64,000 nt of DNA from IMG/VR virus record IMGVR_UViG_3300047160_005625, positions 6,562 through 70,561 of that record, one strand, 5' to 3'. The notes under the pieces were generated by a model, which was not told the DNA's origin, searched no databases, and worked only from the letters and a program-made list of their open reading frames with translations. Each line of letters opens with the position of its first letter. Position 1 is the stretch's first letter. Shown piece after piece: positions 1-9,175 of this stretch. Source of the stretch: a virus. Its lineage: Duplodnaviria > Caudoviricetes. A program made the position numbers and the translations under genes.

Positions 1-259
1 AATTTGCTGGAGACGTTCGAAACGGTGTGGAGATGCCGGACCAACGCCAAACAATGAGAAGGTTCCTCGACCGGCCCGCATGATTTATAATAGATAGGCA
101 TACCAACCTATGCTGCGGGGGAGTCGGTCCTGAGATCCGACAGGTTCCCGGACTCCCCCTCGAAAATTTCCCGCCGAGTTTGCTTTCCTGAATCGTCCCG
201 CCTTATAATCCACTCCATAGCCATCGGATCGTAGGATCGTAGAGTCTTCTCTGCATCCG

Positions 260-532
260 ATGAGCGTCCGAATCGAGAACCCCAAGGCCAACGGGCCGAA
301 GACCACCACTCAGCTTCGCGCCCAGTGGTGGATCGACCGGCGCGAGGCCGAAGTCACCATTCAGGAAGGTCCCCGTTACATCGCCATCCGCTTTCTGGAT
401 CGAGCCGCCAGAAATGATATGCGGGTCGCTACCCGTTTGGGCTATGATCGCATCGGGCGCAGAATCACCGAAAAAGAGGCTAAACGAATCCCCTTCGCCG
501 GAGACGTAACAAAATTGGGGCTAGATCGATAG
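260..532 (+). CDS. Hypothetical protein (90 aa)
   Basis: ATG ORF, co-oriented with and abutting the next ORF. Confidence 0.5.
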   Translation: MSVRIENPKANGPKTTTQLRAQWWIDRREAEVTIQEGPRYIAIRFLDRAARNDMRVATRLGYDRIGRRITEKEAKRIPFAGDVTKLGLDR

Positions 533-533
533 A

Positions 534-749
534 ATGCAAAAATATGAGTACTTTGCGTGTTCAGTGGATTGGGGGGATCTTTCTACCATCGAATCCTTTG
601 GAGAGTTAGGATGGCAAGTCGTTGGCGTCGCGCCCCGAGGGAATCACTCGTTCTGGGCTTTGCTCTGCCGGGAAAAAGACCCAGAGCCTCCACCGCCAAG
701 GAAATGGCGGATGTTTAGATTTGAGTGGTTGCGTCGAAAGAAATCGTAA
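534..749 (+). CDS. DUF4177-like small protein
   Basis: MQKYEY...FGELGWQVVGV resembles the DUF4177 pattern (KYEY...LG.EGWELV). Confidence 0.5.
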   Translation: MQKYEYFACSVDWGDLSTIESFGELGWQVVGVAPRGNHSFWALLCREKDPEPPPPRKWRMFRFEWLRRKKS

Positions 750-880
750 CATTTGACAGCCAACCTCTTTATTGTGTAGACTGAACCCACCACACCAAAG
801 ATGGACCGCGCGTTTCCGCCGCCATCAGTAGCGTAGAAACACCCTGTAGTCATAATTTCCCTAAAAATCTGACTCTGTCA

Positions 881-1465
881 ATGCGGCTGAAGCTCAGCAC
901 ATTGCCCAATTGGCCCCAAATTAAGGCTGAAATCCTCGATCCGGGGCGCACTAAGTCCTATCGCCAGATCGCCGAGGAATATAACGTTCGCGATTCCTCC
1001 GGCGCACTCGCGATCACCGCCCTGCTGAGTTATCACTCCAAGGTTCGGGGCCACAATATCTTCGCCATCGCTCGCGAAGCGACCCAAGATTTCCTTCGCA
1101 ATGAGGTGATCAATCGCTATCGGACGGTTTACGAGGCCGCCCAGGCGGATCACGATGCCGCCATGAGTCGCACCAAGATCGGCTTTCACCGGGGTCTGCG
1201 AAAAGACACTCCCGATCCCGATTTCGCAGCCGCCGACCTGTTTTTGAAGAACATGGCGGAGGCTACGGAGAAAATGAGCGCCTTTGCGAAGCCCGAAACG
1301 CCTGCGGTAAACACCGCTTCGGCCAACAACTTCTTTTTAGGGAAGACGCAAGTCATTGCCCTGCCAAAATTGCCTCAAACTGAGCCAAAACTGGCCCAAA
1401 ACGGGCCAAAAGCGCTGATCGAGGCCGAAAAACACGATTTTGAGCTCGTCCCGGACGAGAAATGA
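881..1465 (+). CDS. Candidate terminase small subunit / HTH DNA-binding protein
   Basis: N-terminal HTH-like KSYRQIAEEYNV, helical middle and low-complexity tail, at the head of the morphogenesis operon. The TerS role is inferred. Confidence 0.4.
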   Translation: MRLKLSTLPNWPQIKAEILDPGRTKSYRQIAEEYNVRDSSGALAITALLSYHSKVRGHNIFAIAREATQDFLRNEVINRYRTVYEAAQADHDAAMSRTKIGFHRGLRKDTPDPDFAAADLFLKNMAEATEKMSAFAKPETPAVNTASANNFFLGKTQVIALPKLPQTEPKLAQNGPKALIEAEKHDFELVPDEK

Positions 1466-1524
1466 CCAGCAGAGCCGTGTTTTTCGCGGTTTGACTCTAA
1501 AAAAGGCAGAAAAACCGCCTACTT

Positions 1525-1854
1525 ATGGCTGACAATGCCGATCTCCTCATCTATCAGGGCGACGACTATTCCGCCGTCGTCAATGTCACGAGTGGATCGA
1601 CGCCGCCTAGTCAAGTTTTGGCCGGTTATACGGCGCTTGCTCAGATTCGCAGGGGAGTCGCCGATCATAGCGATGTCGTCTTGACTATCGCTGCCAGCGT
1701 GAACTCGCCCTACATCAATCTCTTTATCTCGCATGCCGATACGACCAATCTGTCAGGAGGCTATTTCTGGGGATTGCAATTGACGGACGCCAACGGATAT
1801 GTGACCACCATCCTGACCGGTAAAGTGCAAGTCACTAGCGAGGTGACAAGATGA
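1525..1854 (+). CDS. Small virion protein (BppU-N-like beta-sandwich)
   Basis: LLIYQGDDY...YFWGLQLTDANG..TILTGKVQV pattern typical of phage fibre-attachment/baseplate-upper-like small proteins. Confidence 0.55.
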   Translation: MADNADLLIYQGDDYSAVVNVTSGSTPPSQVLAGYTALAQIRRGVADHSDVVLTIAASVNSPYINLFISHADTTNLSGGYFWGLQLTDANGYVTTILTGKVQVTSEVTR

Positions 1855-2366
1855 TGCAGCAGTTCAGCGCGACCTTGCTGCCCCAAGGGACTCCTGGAGG
1901 CCCCCCCGGACCCCAAGGCCCACAAGGCCCACAAGGCGATCCGGCTACGCAGACGCCTTGGGCGCAGGACATCGACGCGGCAGGCCATCAGTTGAATAAC
2001 GCGGGTGGCATCCATGTAAATGGCGATGTCGATATCACCGGCCACTATTACCGCAACGGCGTACAACTCTCCATTAGTACGCAGAACGTCGTCACCGCCT
2101 CCCGCGCCGCCAATACGGTTTATCAGAACACGACCGGCAAAACGATGTTCCTATCGGTCTGTTGGAATCTCGTGGGAACCGCCGCTACGCTTTCGCTTTT
2201 GAGCGACTCCTCCAATCCGCCGACAACTACGGTGGCGCAAATCGCCGATGCTTCGCCGCAATCGTTTACGGGTCAATTGTTTTGTTTGGTGTTGCCGGGA
2301 AACTACTATGAGTGCTCGGTGAGCGTTTCGGGACTCGCGCTGGTTTCCTGGGTGGAGTACGAGTAA
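1851..2366 (+). CDS. Short collagen-containing fibre/spike protein
   Basis: GPPGPQGPQGPQG triplets and a C-terminal SRAANTVYQNTTGK fibre-tip-like motif; ATGA overlap with the upstream gene. Confidence 0.65.
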   Translation: MMQQFSATLLPQGTPGGPPGPQGPQGPQGDPATQTPWAQDIDAAGHQLNNAGGIHVNGDVDITGHYYRNGVQLSISTQNVVTASRAANTVYQNTTGKTMFLSVCWNLVGTAATLSLLSDSSNPPTTTVAQIADASPQSFTGQLFCLVLPGNYYECSVSVSGLALVSWVEYE

Positions 2367-3976
2367 TGCCTGATACAGTCCTAGACGCTCCAGCCGTCCC
2401 TGCTGCTCCGGCGCAAGTGCCCGCGCTGCCGGTCGCGGTGCGCCCCGTCACGACCGTTCACAACCACGAGGATCACGTCACCAATCGGATCGCGGAGGCT
2501 CTTCAGAGGCATGCGCAGGCTGCGGCTCCCGCGCCGGTAGCCACATCTGCCGCGCCTACCCCCGCGCCTGAGGCGGCCCCTCCCCAGACCCCGCCAGCGG
2601 TTACGCCCGCTACCCCTGCGGAACCCGCCGCCCCGGAGCCGCTTTCGCTCGATGATATCGATTTCGACGCGCCCGAGGAGCCTGCCCAACCGAGTCCGGC
2701 CACTCCTCCAGCGCCGACTCCCGAGGGTGGCGGTGAAACACAGAGCGACCAACAAGCCATCGCCACCCTTCAGGAGATGCTCGACCGGGGCGAGATCCCC
2801 GAGAAAATCGAGTCGCAATTTCTTCGAACGCCGCGCGGTCGGGGAATGCTCGAAACCTATAAGACCTTCCGCGAGCTACGCAAGTCGCCGGAAGAGGGCG
2901 GGATCGGGCGCACTCCCACGGTCGATGAAATCAGGGAAGGCTATCACGCGAGCCAGCAACTCGAAGCCATGCGCTTTGAGGCTACGCAGAATCCCGATTC
3001 CTTCGTCGCCAATCTTTTTACGATCAACCCGCAAACGGGGCAGAGCTTTGTAGGCGATCCCGGCTCCACGCAAGCGGTCGTGGATCGCATCTATGGCCAC
3101 ATTGCCGAAGGTCTGAGGGTGTCGCGTGGCACCCCGATGGAGGGAGTATACGCAAACCTCCTTGCGTCCTACTCCCTCCCGGTGTTCAGCAATTTCCTCA
3201 ACCATCAGTACCGGAAAGCGATGGCCATGCCGCAGGCGTCGGATGTCGAAAAATCCGACAAAGCCCGAACGCTCGACGCCCTGCAAATTGTCGAGATGTT
3301 TGTCATGGGGAGGCCGCGACCCTTGAACCTGAATCAACCCGTCAACGGAACGCCCCAGCCAGGGATGATCGATCCCGAAAAAGAGGAGATGCGCAATCGT
3401 CTCCAGCAATACGATCAGTATTATCGGACCTCCCAGCAGCAGAATTATGACAACGTTCAAAACAACGTCATTCGTGGCAGCGAGGAAGCCGCCCTCAAAG
3501 ACATCGATCAGGTATTCCGCCAGCGCGGCATCACCAACGCCTACGACGCCGCCATGCTCGCCCCTCATCGCGAGGCCCTCTACAATCTGGTCGCCCGCTC
3601 CCTTCCTCAAGCCGATCCGAGAGGCTGGCAAACTTACGAACTCCAACTCCAACGTGCGGCGATGGGTCAGGCCGATCCCGCCGACGCGGCCAAGACGTAC
3701 CGAATTCTGTTTCAAAACGGGCTTCGTAATTTCCCGCAGGTGCGGGAAACTCTCGAAGTTCTCATTAGGAACGCTAAGAGCACCTCCGACCAACAGCATG
3801 CCCAACTCGCCGCTACGCAGAATCGTGTCGCGGTGAACGGGCAAGGCGCCCCCGCTCCTCAATCTGTATTGCCTGCCTCGCAGACCGCAAGGCAGCCAGG
3901 GCAATCCAAAGAGGACTTCTGGGCTGGCCGCATCGCGGACAAGCTGGGCGCCGCCGTCTCGAAGATGCGCACTTAG
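2366..3976 (+). CDS. Probable capsid scaffolding protein (536 aa from ATG 2366)
   Basis: Pro/Ala-rich N-terminus and helical acidic body, immediately upstream of the capsid gene. The start was moved from 2312 to the ATG overlapping the previous stop. Confidence 0.6.
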   Translation: MPDTVLDAPAVPAAPAQVPALPVAVRPVTTVHNHEDHVTNRIAEALQRHAQAAAPAPVATSAAPTPAPEAAPPQTPPAVTPATPAEPAAPEPLSLDDIDFDAPEEPAQPSPATPPAPTPEGGGETQSDQQAIATLQEMLDRGEIPEKIESQFLRTPRGRGMLETYKTFRELRKSPEEGGIGRTPTVDEIREGYHASQQLEAMRFEATQNPDSFVANLFTINPQTGQSFVGDPGSTQAVVDRIYGHIAEGLRVSRGTPMEGVYANLLASYSLPVFSNFLNHQYRKAMAMPQASDVEKSDKARTLDALQIVEMFVMGRPRPLNLNQPVNGTPQPGMIDPEKEEMRNRLQQYDQYYRTSQQQNYDNVQNNVIRGSEEAALKDIDQVFRQRGITNAYDAAMLAPHREALYNLVARSLPQADPRGWQTYELQLQRAAMGQADPADAAKTYRILFQNGLRNFPQVRETLEVLIRNAKSTSDQQHAQLAATQNRVAVNGQGAPAPQSVLPASQTARQPGQSKEDFWAGRIADKLGAAVSKMRT

Positions 3977-4086
3977 CGCGCCGATCCGCCTTTATGGGCG
4001 GAGTGTCATTCAAATTTCAGCCCTACACGCTAAGTGTGTGTGGACGGATCATGCACTAATTTAGGGATTAAAGGAATAAACAAGTT

Positions 4087-5743
4087 ATGGCTGCCGATAT
4101 CCTCAATACCGTAGCTACACAACTCGAAGTAGTTTTGCCTTAAAACCTTAGGGCCATGGCGAGGAAACTCGCCAATGCCAAGCTCGTGAATTGCTGGGAA
4201 GCCTACAGCTAGTAAGCCATGGTCATCAGCAGCCAAGCCTGTTTACAGGAAGGTTCAACGACTATCCCTTCGGGGAGTACCGCCAAGCGGCGGGAAGCGC
4301 GAGCCACCCTATATGGGGTGAAGATATAGTCTGGCCTGCATCGAAAGATGCAGAAGGCCGTGCGTAGCGAGCGCGGTCGCAACAAACGCGGAAATACAAG
4401 AAATTAATGCAGTTGATAACGATCAACTGTACGCTCGCGTAAAAAAGACAACCAAGGTCGAAAAGATCTCCCGCTACCTCCTGCGCTGGGCCTTGGAGCA
4501 GTATGTGGGCGGTAACTTTCAGAAAGTAGTCGCCGGAGGCGGCAACACCACCAGCGGCACTTCTCTGGGCCACGGCACCCAGATGAAACTCCAATACCTC
4601 CTTGCCGGGTACTTTACGTCCGACATCATCTTTCAGATGAGCGAAGAGCAGGCAGTTATTTCGCAGGGCCAACAAGCGATTATTGACGTGCTCTCCCGCC
4701 AGATCGCCAAGGCCGTCATTTCGCAGCAGGCGTATGACGACGTGACGTTCGCTCAAAACGGAAATGGGATTCTGACCAATTCCTCGTCGGCGGTGACTAA
4801 TGTCACTAATGCGACGTTGACATTCACGGCGGTCGGGCCGCCTGCCGACACATTGGGAGTGAACCTGTTGTTCGAAGGGATGACGGTAGACGTGTGGGAT
4901 TCGACGGGGTCGATCCTGCGTACCCCTGGCGTGGGCGCTCCTGTCCAGATTCTCGCGATTGATTATGACGCGCGACAGGTCACTCTGGATCAGACCATCA
5001 CCGGCTTGACGACCGGGGATATTCTCGCTCTGCGCCAGATGACCGTGTACGGTCCCGCCACTCTGACGAGCTTCCAGTCGGGGTATCCCGGCACGCAGGG
5101 CGGCTCGCCCACGGGCGGCATCGGCGGCGATTCGTTCCGTCACGGCTATCCGTACATGACGGACACCAACGCGTCGAATTACTTCTACGGCAAGCAGAAG
5201 TCGAGTTTGCCGCAGTTGAATCCGGTTCGGGTGAACGCCAATTCCGACACGCTTCAGTGGGAGCAAGGTCTGAGGGTGGTGGCCAAGATCAAGCAGAAGC
5301 GTCCGCAAAAGGAGCTTTGGCGGGATATCACCGGCATCGCTCACTCGACGCAGAAGGCGGCGGCGTTCGAACTCGGCATGTCGATCTCGCAGAAGCTTCT
5401 CCCCGGAAGCGAGTTCGGGCAATCGCTCGATCTGGTGCCCTCCAATCAAGCGAACTCGGATGAGTTTAACTTCGCGGGCATGCGCTGCATTGAGAGCACG
5501 CGGCAGGATCGGTCGCGCATCGACTTCATCAACTTCGACAAGATCGGGCGCGCGGAGGCGTCCGAGTATGCTCCCTACGCGCCAGGAGGCCAGACGATGC
5601 ACGTGGGCCGTGGCAGTGACGGCACATTGCAGACATGGTTTGAATGGGCATTCATGGCGTTCTACGAGAACGTCTGTTTCGATGCAGGCGCCTTTGCCCG
5701 CATCGATACGCTCGCTCCTCCGTCCCCCGCTTGGGACGCTTAA
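4087..5743 (+). CDS. Major capsid protein, join(4087..4140,4391..5743), 468 aa after splicing
   Basis: RBS AAAGGA then ATG 4087. Exon 1 MAADILNTVATQLEVVLP joins in frame to exon 2 EIQEINAVDNDQLYARVKK...ALEQYVGG. It follows the scaffold gene and has typical MCP size. The track ORF 4493..5743 is only the 3' part. Confidence 0.8.
4141..4390 (+). ncRNA. Group I self-splicing intron (IA2-like), 250 nt, no internal ORF
   Basis: P1 GCCU|UAA-AACC-UUAGGGC with a U.G pair at the splice site. Conserved P AAUUGCUGGGAA (4189), Q UCAGCAGCCAAG (4226), R GGUUCAACGACUAU (4252) and S AAGAUAUAGUC (4321). P7 GACUAU/AUAGUC, P3 GCUCGUG/CGCGAGC, terminal G4390. Removal restores the reading frame. Confidence 0.93.
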
Positions 5744-5809
5744 TCTCCCGCCTCCGTGGTATAGCCGTGTGGCCCCGAGCGGTCTTGGGAGGAATCGGGG
5801 CAAATACTT

Positions 5810-5995
5810 ATGGACTTAGTTCACATTCTCATTACGTTGGTCATCGTGGGACTGATTTTGTGGCTGGTCGAACGGTATATTCCCATGGGCGAGCCGGTGA
5901 AGACGATCTTCCACATCTTCGTCGCGATTGTCGCCATTCTCTGGCTGCTGAATATCTTGGGCATTTTTCATAGTCCCGGTTTGACCGTTCGGTAA
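5810..5995 (+). CDS. Small two-TM membrane protein (Thivi_2564-like)
   Basis: Two hydrophobic helices separated by ERYIPMGEPVKTI. Confidence 0.65.
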   Translation: MDLVHILITLVIVGLILWLVERYIPMGEPVKTIFHIFVAIVAILWLLNILGIFHSPGLTVR

Positions 5996-5996
5996 C

Positions 5997-6737
5997 GTGT
6001 CCCAACGAGAGCGCCAAATCAACGCCGCGAATCTGCTGCTTCGCGAATTGGACTCGCTTTACTCCGGCCCCAAGCCGCCAGAGGGCAAATACCAGTGGAA
6101 GTGGTCTGAGGATCTCTGGTCGCTGGTGCCGGAGTATCGCGTCTCCGATTACGAGGCGTGGGACCCGCAGCCGGTATTCGTCTACCGCTGTAAGTGTGGC
6201 GTGGATCGGAGGGTTCACGAGCCGCATTGCGACGGCCTTGTGCAGGCCAAAGTCAAGCTCCAGAAGGTGAGCGTGACGGAGGCCGAGTTCAAGTCTTTCA
6301 AGAACGTCTGGATGCTCTGCACTTGGATTGCCCCCCCCGATCTCGATAGCTGGGTGAATCAGATGGGGACGGACGAGGATTACCCCAAAAACGGTCGTTA
6401 CGTCCCCGTCCATAGGGGGCCGCACTGCATGGTCTTGCCTCCCACGACGGACCCGAAGGAATACGTCAGGCTCACCCAATACGTGGTGAAGAGGATGCGC
6501 GAGCACGCCGAAACGTGGCGCGAAGAAATTTTGAAGAGCAAGCAGAAGGCGGAGCGGCTATTGATTCCGATCACGGATTCGAAAGGAAACGTGCTGCGGG
6601 ATGCCGATCCGACTTCCAATTACCACAAGTGGCGCGACCGGATCAAAGACAAGCTCCGACGCTTCGATCCAGCCGGGACCGTAGGTTACACAAAGGAGAT
6701 CGCCGATGGCGGATGTAACGATGGCGCAGCGGTTTGA
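5997..6737 (+). CDS. Hypothetical phage protein (246 aa)
   Basis: Long ORF in the operon with a CKC...HEPHC putative metal site. Confidence 0.65.
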   Translation: MSQRERQINAANLLLRELDSLYSGPKPPEGKYQWKWSEDLWSLVPEYRVSDYEAWDPQPVFVYRCKCGVDRRVHEPHCDGLVQAKVKLQKVSVTEAEFKSFKNVWMLCTWIAPPDLDSWVNQMGTDEDYPKNGRYVPVHRGPHCMVLPPTTDPKEYVRLTQYVVKRMREHAETWREEILKSKQKAERLLIPITDSKGNVLRDADPTSNYHKWRDRIKDKLRRFDPAGTVGYTKEIADGGCNDGAAV

Positions 6738-7563
6738 GGCCCTGCGAGCATTTAACGAAACCGAATCCCCTCAGACCGCAGCCGATATAGAAGCGGAGGT
6801 GCGACATCGCGAGAGGATGTTCAACATTCCGGCAGAGTTTCAGAATGCGCGATTCGTGACGATCTGCTCCGTGTGGCCCGAGAGAATGGTTTCGCAAGCC
6901 TTTACTCATGCGGGCGTGGGCATACGTCGCTACACCATCGAGGCTGGCTCGCTGAACAAGCCTGCTTATCTGTTGCTGGAAAACACCTTCGATCTCGTGA
7001 TTCAGCAAGAAGGCGTGGGCGAGGTTGGCCATGGCGTGCGCACCATCACGGCGGTGAGCTACGGCGCCGACATCATCAAGCACTGGACCGGCGATCACAT
7101 CGCGAACAGGGTCGGAAAGAAGGGCATCGGCTTCATCAAAGGCGAGTATACGGGAGATCCCAACAATCCCGTGAGGGCCACTAAGGCCGAAGTTGAGGAA
7201 CTCTTCCAATTCCAGGTGGACTTTCTGAAATTCATGGTGGAAAGAGCAGATCGAAATTGGGATTCCGGTCGCCCTCAGGATATGGCAAAGGCTCCGACGC
7301 GCGAGAATCGCCGCGCGCTGGAGATGCTGGGTCTCGATGTCGAACAACATGCGTGGTACAAGAACCGCACCGTGCGGTACAACCGCTGCCCGCGCTGCGC
7401 GACCTCGATGGAGAGTGTGGCGTTCGGCTGCTTCAAGTGCGGCCTGGACATACCGAATTACTTCACGGACTTGGATCTCACTCCCGACCCTGCCGAGTGG
7501 CCGGGAGTCGTGAAGCAGATGCAGTTGCGGGCCGCCGCTAAGGCGAAAAAGAAGACTCAATAG
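6706..7563 (+). CDS. Hypothetical phage protein with C-terminal Zn ribbon
   Basis: CPRC...CFKC near the C-terminus. Confidence 0.65.
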   Translation: MADVTMAQRFEALRAFNETESPQTAADIEAEVRHRERMFNIPAEFQNARFVTICSVWPERMVSQAFTHAGVGIRRYTIEAGSLNKPAYLLLENTFDLVIQQEGVGEVGHGVRTITAVSYGADIIKHWTGDHIANRVGKKGIGFIKGEYTGDPNNPVRATKAEVEELFQFQVDFLKFMVERADRNWDSGRPQDMAKAPTRENRRALEMLGLDVEQHAWYKNRTVRYNRCPRCATSMESVAFGCFKCGLDIPNYFTDLDLTPDPAEWPGVVKQMQLRAAAKAKKKTQ

Positions 7564-7699
7564 AAGGCGGTTTTCGTTACCGCCAAACGCTGGCACTAAT
7601 TTTCTCCAGGCGCCACCACAGTTTTACGCCAGGGGTGAGCCCTTGTCGCGCGGGTAGCAACGCCGCGCTAGGCGAAGGATTGCGGCTCCTCTGAATATT

Positions 7700-8707
7700 A
7701 TGATCCCCACGGTTCAAAACGTCTACGATCTGGCGCGTTTCCACGTCGGCGATACGGTCATTAGCACAGGGCAAATCTTCACAAACGCGTTTCTTTCGAA
7801 CGCGTGGCCGGGAACCTATGCCGCGCTCTATCGTTGGCTCGAAAGGAATTCGAATAAGCGCATTCGCCGGACTTGCTTTTATAATCTCCCGGCGAATACC
7901 GGACGGCTGACGCCAGCTGATATGGGACTCGCGAATATGGGCAAGCCCGAGAATATCTGGGAACGGCCTATCGGCGTAGCGCTCACCGGCACAATACAGG
8001 CGATTCATCCCGCATCGCCGGGAGTTCCTTCGAATGTCTGGGTGACGGTTCCCTCGACTTCCGGGTTGGCGAATGGTCAGTTGGTCCTGACCTTCCAGTT
8101 CGGAATGTCGCCGACTACGATCACCGACGACATGAACGGCGAGTTCTATATCACCGTCATTAATGCGACGACAATCCAGATCAATGGTTGTTCCCCGACC
8201 GATTTGGGTTCGGGAGTTGGCTCTACCGGCATAGTGACTACCGGCGCGCAGGAATGGGGCATGTATCCCCTGGAGCAGGATTACAACCTGACATACATGC
8301 CGATGAACGCCAACAACGCCCAACTGAGCCAATGGAAATGGGAGGCCGGCGCGTTTTGGTTTGTTCCGGCCACGACGGCGAGACAACTGAAAATCTCATT
8401 CACTTTGTCCGGCGCGGCGCCGATGTCGCCCACCAGTTCCGTGGGGATTGATGACTCGCTCGATCCGCTTGCCTTATTTCTCGGCGCGTCCGCTTGCCAA
8501 TCGAAAGGCTTCCTTCCCAAGGCTGGATCGCTCTATGTGCGGGCGATTGGGAATGAGACGGGGGACACGACTCACATTGTCGGCGGCTCCTTTTACGAAC
8601 TCGCGCAGCTTGGCCTCCAGGAACTGAATCAGACTCCGATCATTTTGCCTCGGTACAGGCCGAGGCGCAACATTGGCCCTTTTCCGAACTTGGGATTTTC
8701 AAGATAA
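7700..8707 (+). CDS. Probable head-tail adaptor with inserted E1-FCCH-like beta domain
   Basis: N-terminal TVQNVYDLARFHVGD adaptor-like helix; insert TSGLANGQLVLT...MNGEFYITVINATTIQING; lies between the capsid and tail genes. Confidence 0.55.
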   Translation: MIPTVQNVYDLARFHVGDTVISTGQIFTNAFLSNAWPGTYAALYRWLERNSNKRIRRTCFYNLPANTGRLTPADMGLANMGKPENIWERPIGVALTGTIQAIHPASPGVPSNVWVTVPSTSGLANGQLVLTFQFGMSPTTITDDMNGEFYITVINATTIQINGCSPTDLGSGVGSTGIVTTGAQEWGMYPLEQDYNLTYMPMNANNAQLSQWKWEAGAFWFVPATTARQLKISFTLSGAAPMSPTSSVGIDDSLDPLALFLGASACQSKGFLPKAGSLYVRAIGNETGDTTHIVGGSFYELAQLGLQELNQTPIILPRYRPRRNIGPFPNLGFSR

Positions 8708-9087
8708 TGTCCATCTTTAGGAGGATACATATGGTGAATCAACCGGGCGCGCAGACCGCAAGCCCAACTTCTCACCCCGTGGAGCAGGCACTCGTTCACC
8801 ACGCTCAGGGGCAGCAGTCCACAGGGGACAAGGCACAGCAAGTAGAACAGGCTTTAGTTCACCGGACCGAGGCTGAGATCCAACAGGCCATCGACACCGT
8901 GAAGCAGGATCTGGATACGGTCAAAACCGGACTCCAGACGCTTTCGACCGATCTCTCTAAGGCGCCAGGCGTCATCATGGGCGAGGTAGATCAACTGTTG
9001 CTCGATTTCATGATGTCGGCTGATCCGAACCCGGAGCATCAGGAGATCTTCCGAAAGGCGTTGAACGCCCTTCGGTACGGTCAATAG
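8707..9087 (+). CDS. Hypothetical helical protein with internal VEQALVH repeat
   Basis: VEQALVHH and VEQALVHR are duplicated; the start overlaps the previous stop. Confidence 0.55.
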   Translation: MSIFRRIHMVNQPGAQTASPTSHPVEQALVHHAQGQQSTGDKAQQVEQALVHRTEAEIQQAIDTVKQDLDTVKTGLQTLSTDLSKAPGVIMGEVDQLLLDFMMSADPNPEHQEIFRKALNALRYGQ

Positions 9088-9175
9088 TCGCTCGCTTCTG
9101 AGCGGCTCCGATTTTTTTAACCACAAAAAAGGCAGGGGATTGCTGTACCCCTGCCTTCTCGTTCTAGGAGCAACT

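Noticed and set aside
4493-5743. TTG start for the capsid as given by the ORF track
   Set aside because: The frame is open upstream to the intron boundary, and a strong RBS/ATG plus exon 1 exists at 4087.
4262-5803. 513-aa minus-strand ORF and other long antisense ORFs (2876..3904, 6643..7596, 9164..10189, 38072..39136, 55718..56767 on +)
   Set aside because: They are shadow frames opposite well-supported genes in GC-rich DNA, with Arg/Gly-rich composition and no motifs.
7564-7699. Possible structured RNA upstream of the adaptor gene (GCAA-capped hairpin)
   Set aside because: A single GC-rich hairpin with no second copy or known motif; this could arise by chance at this GC content.
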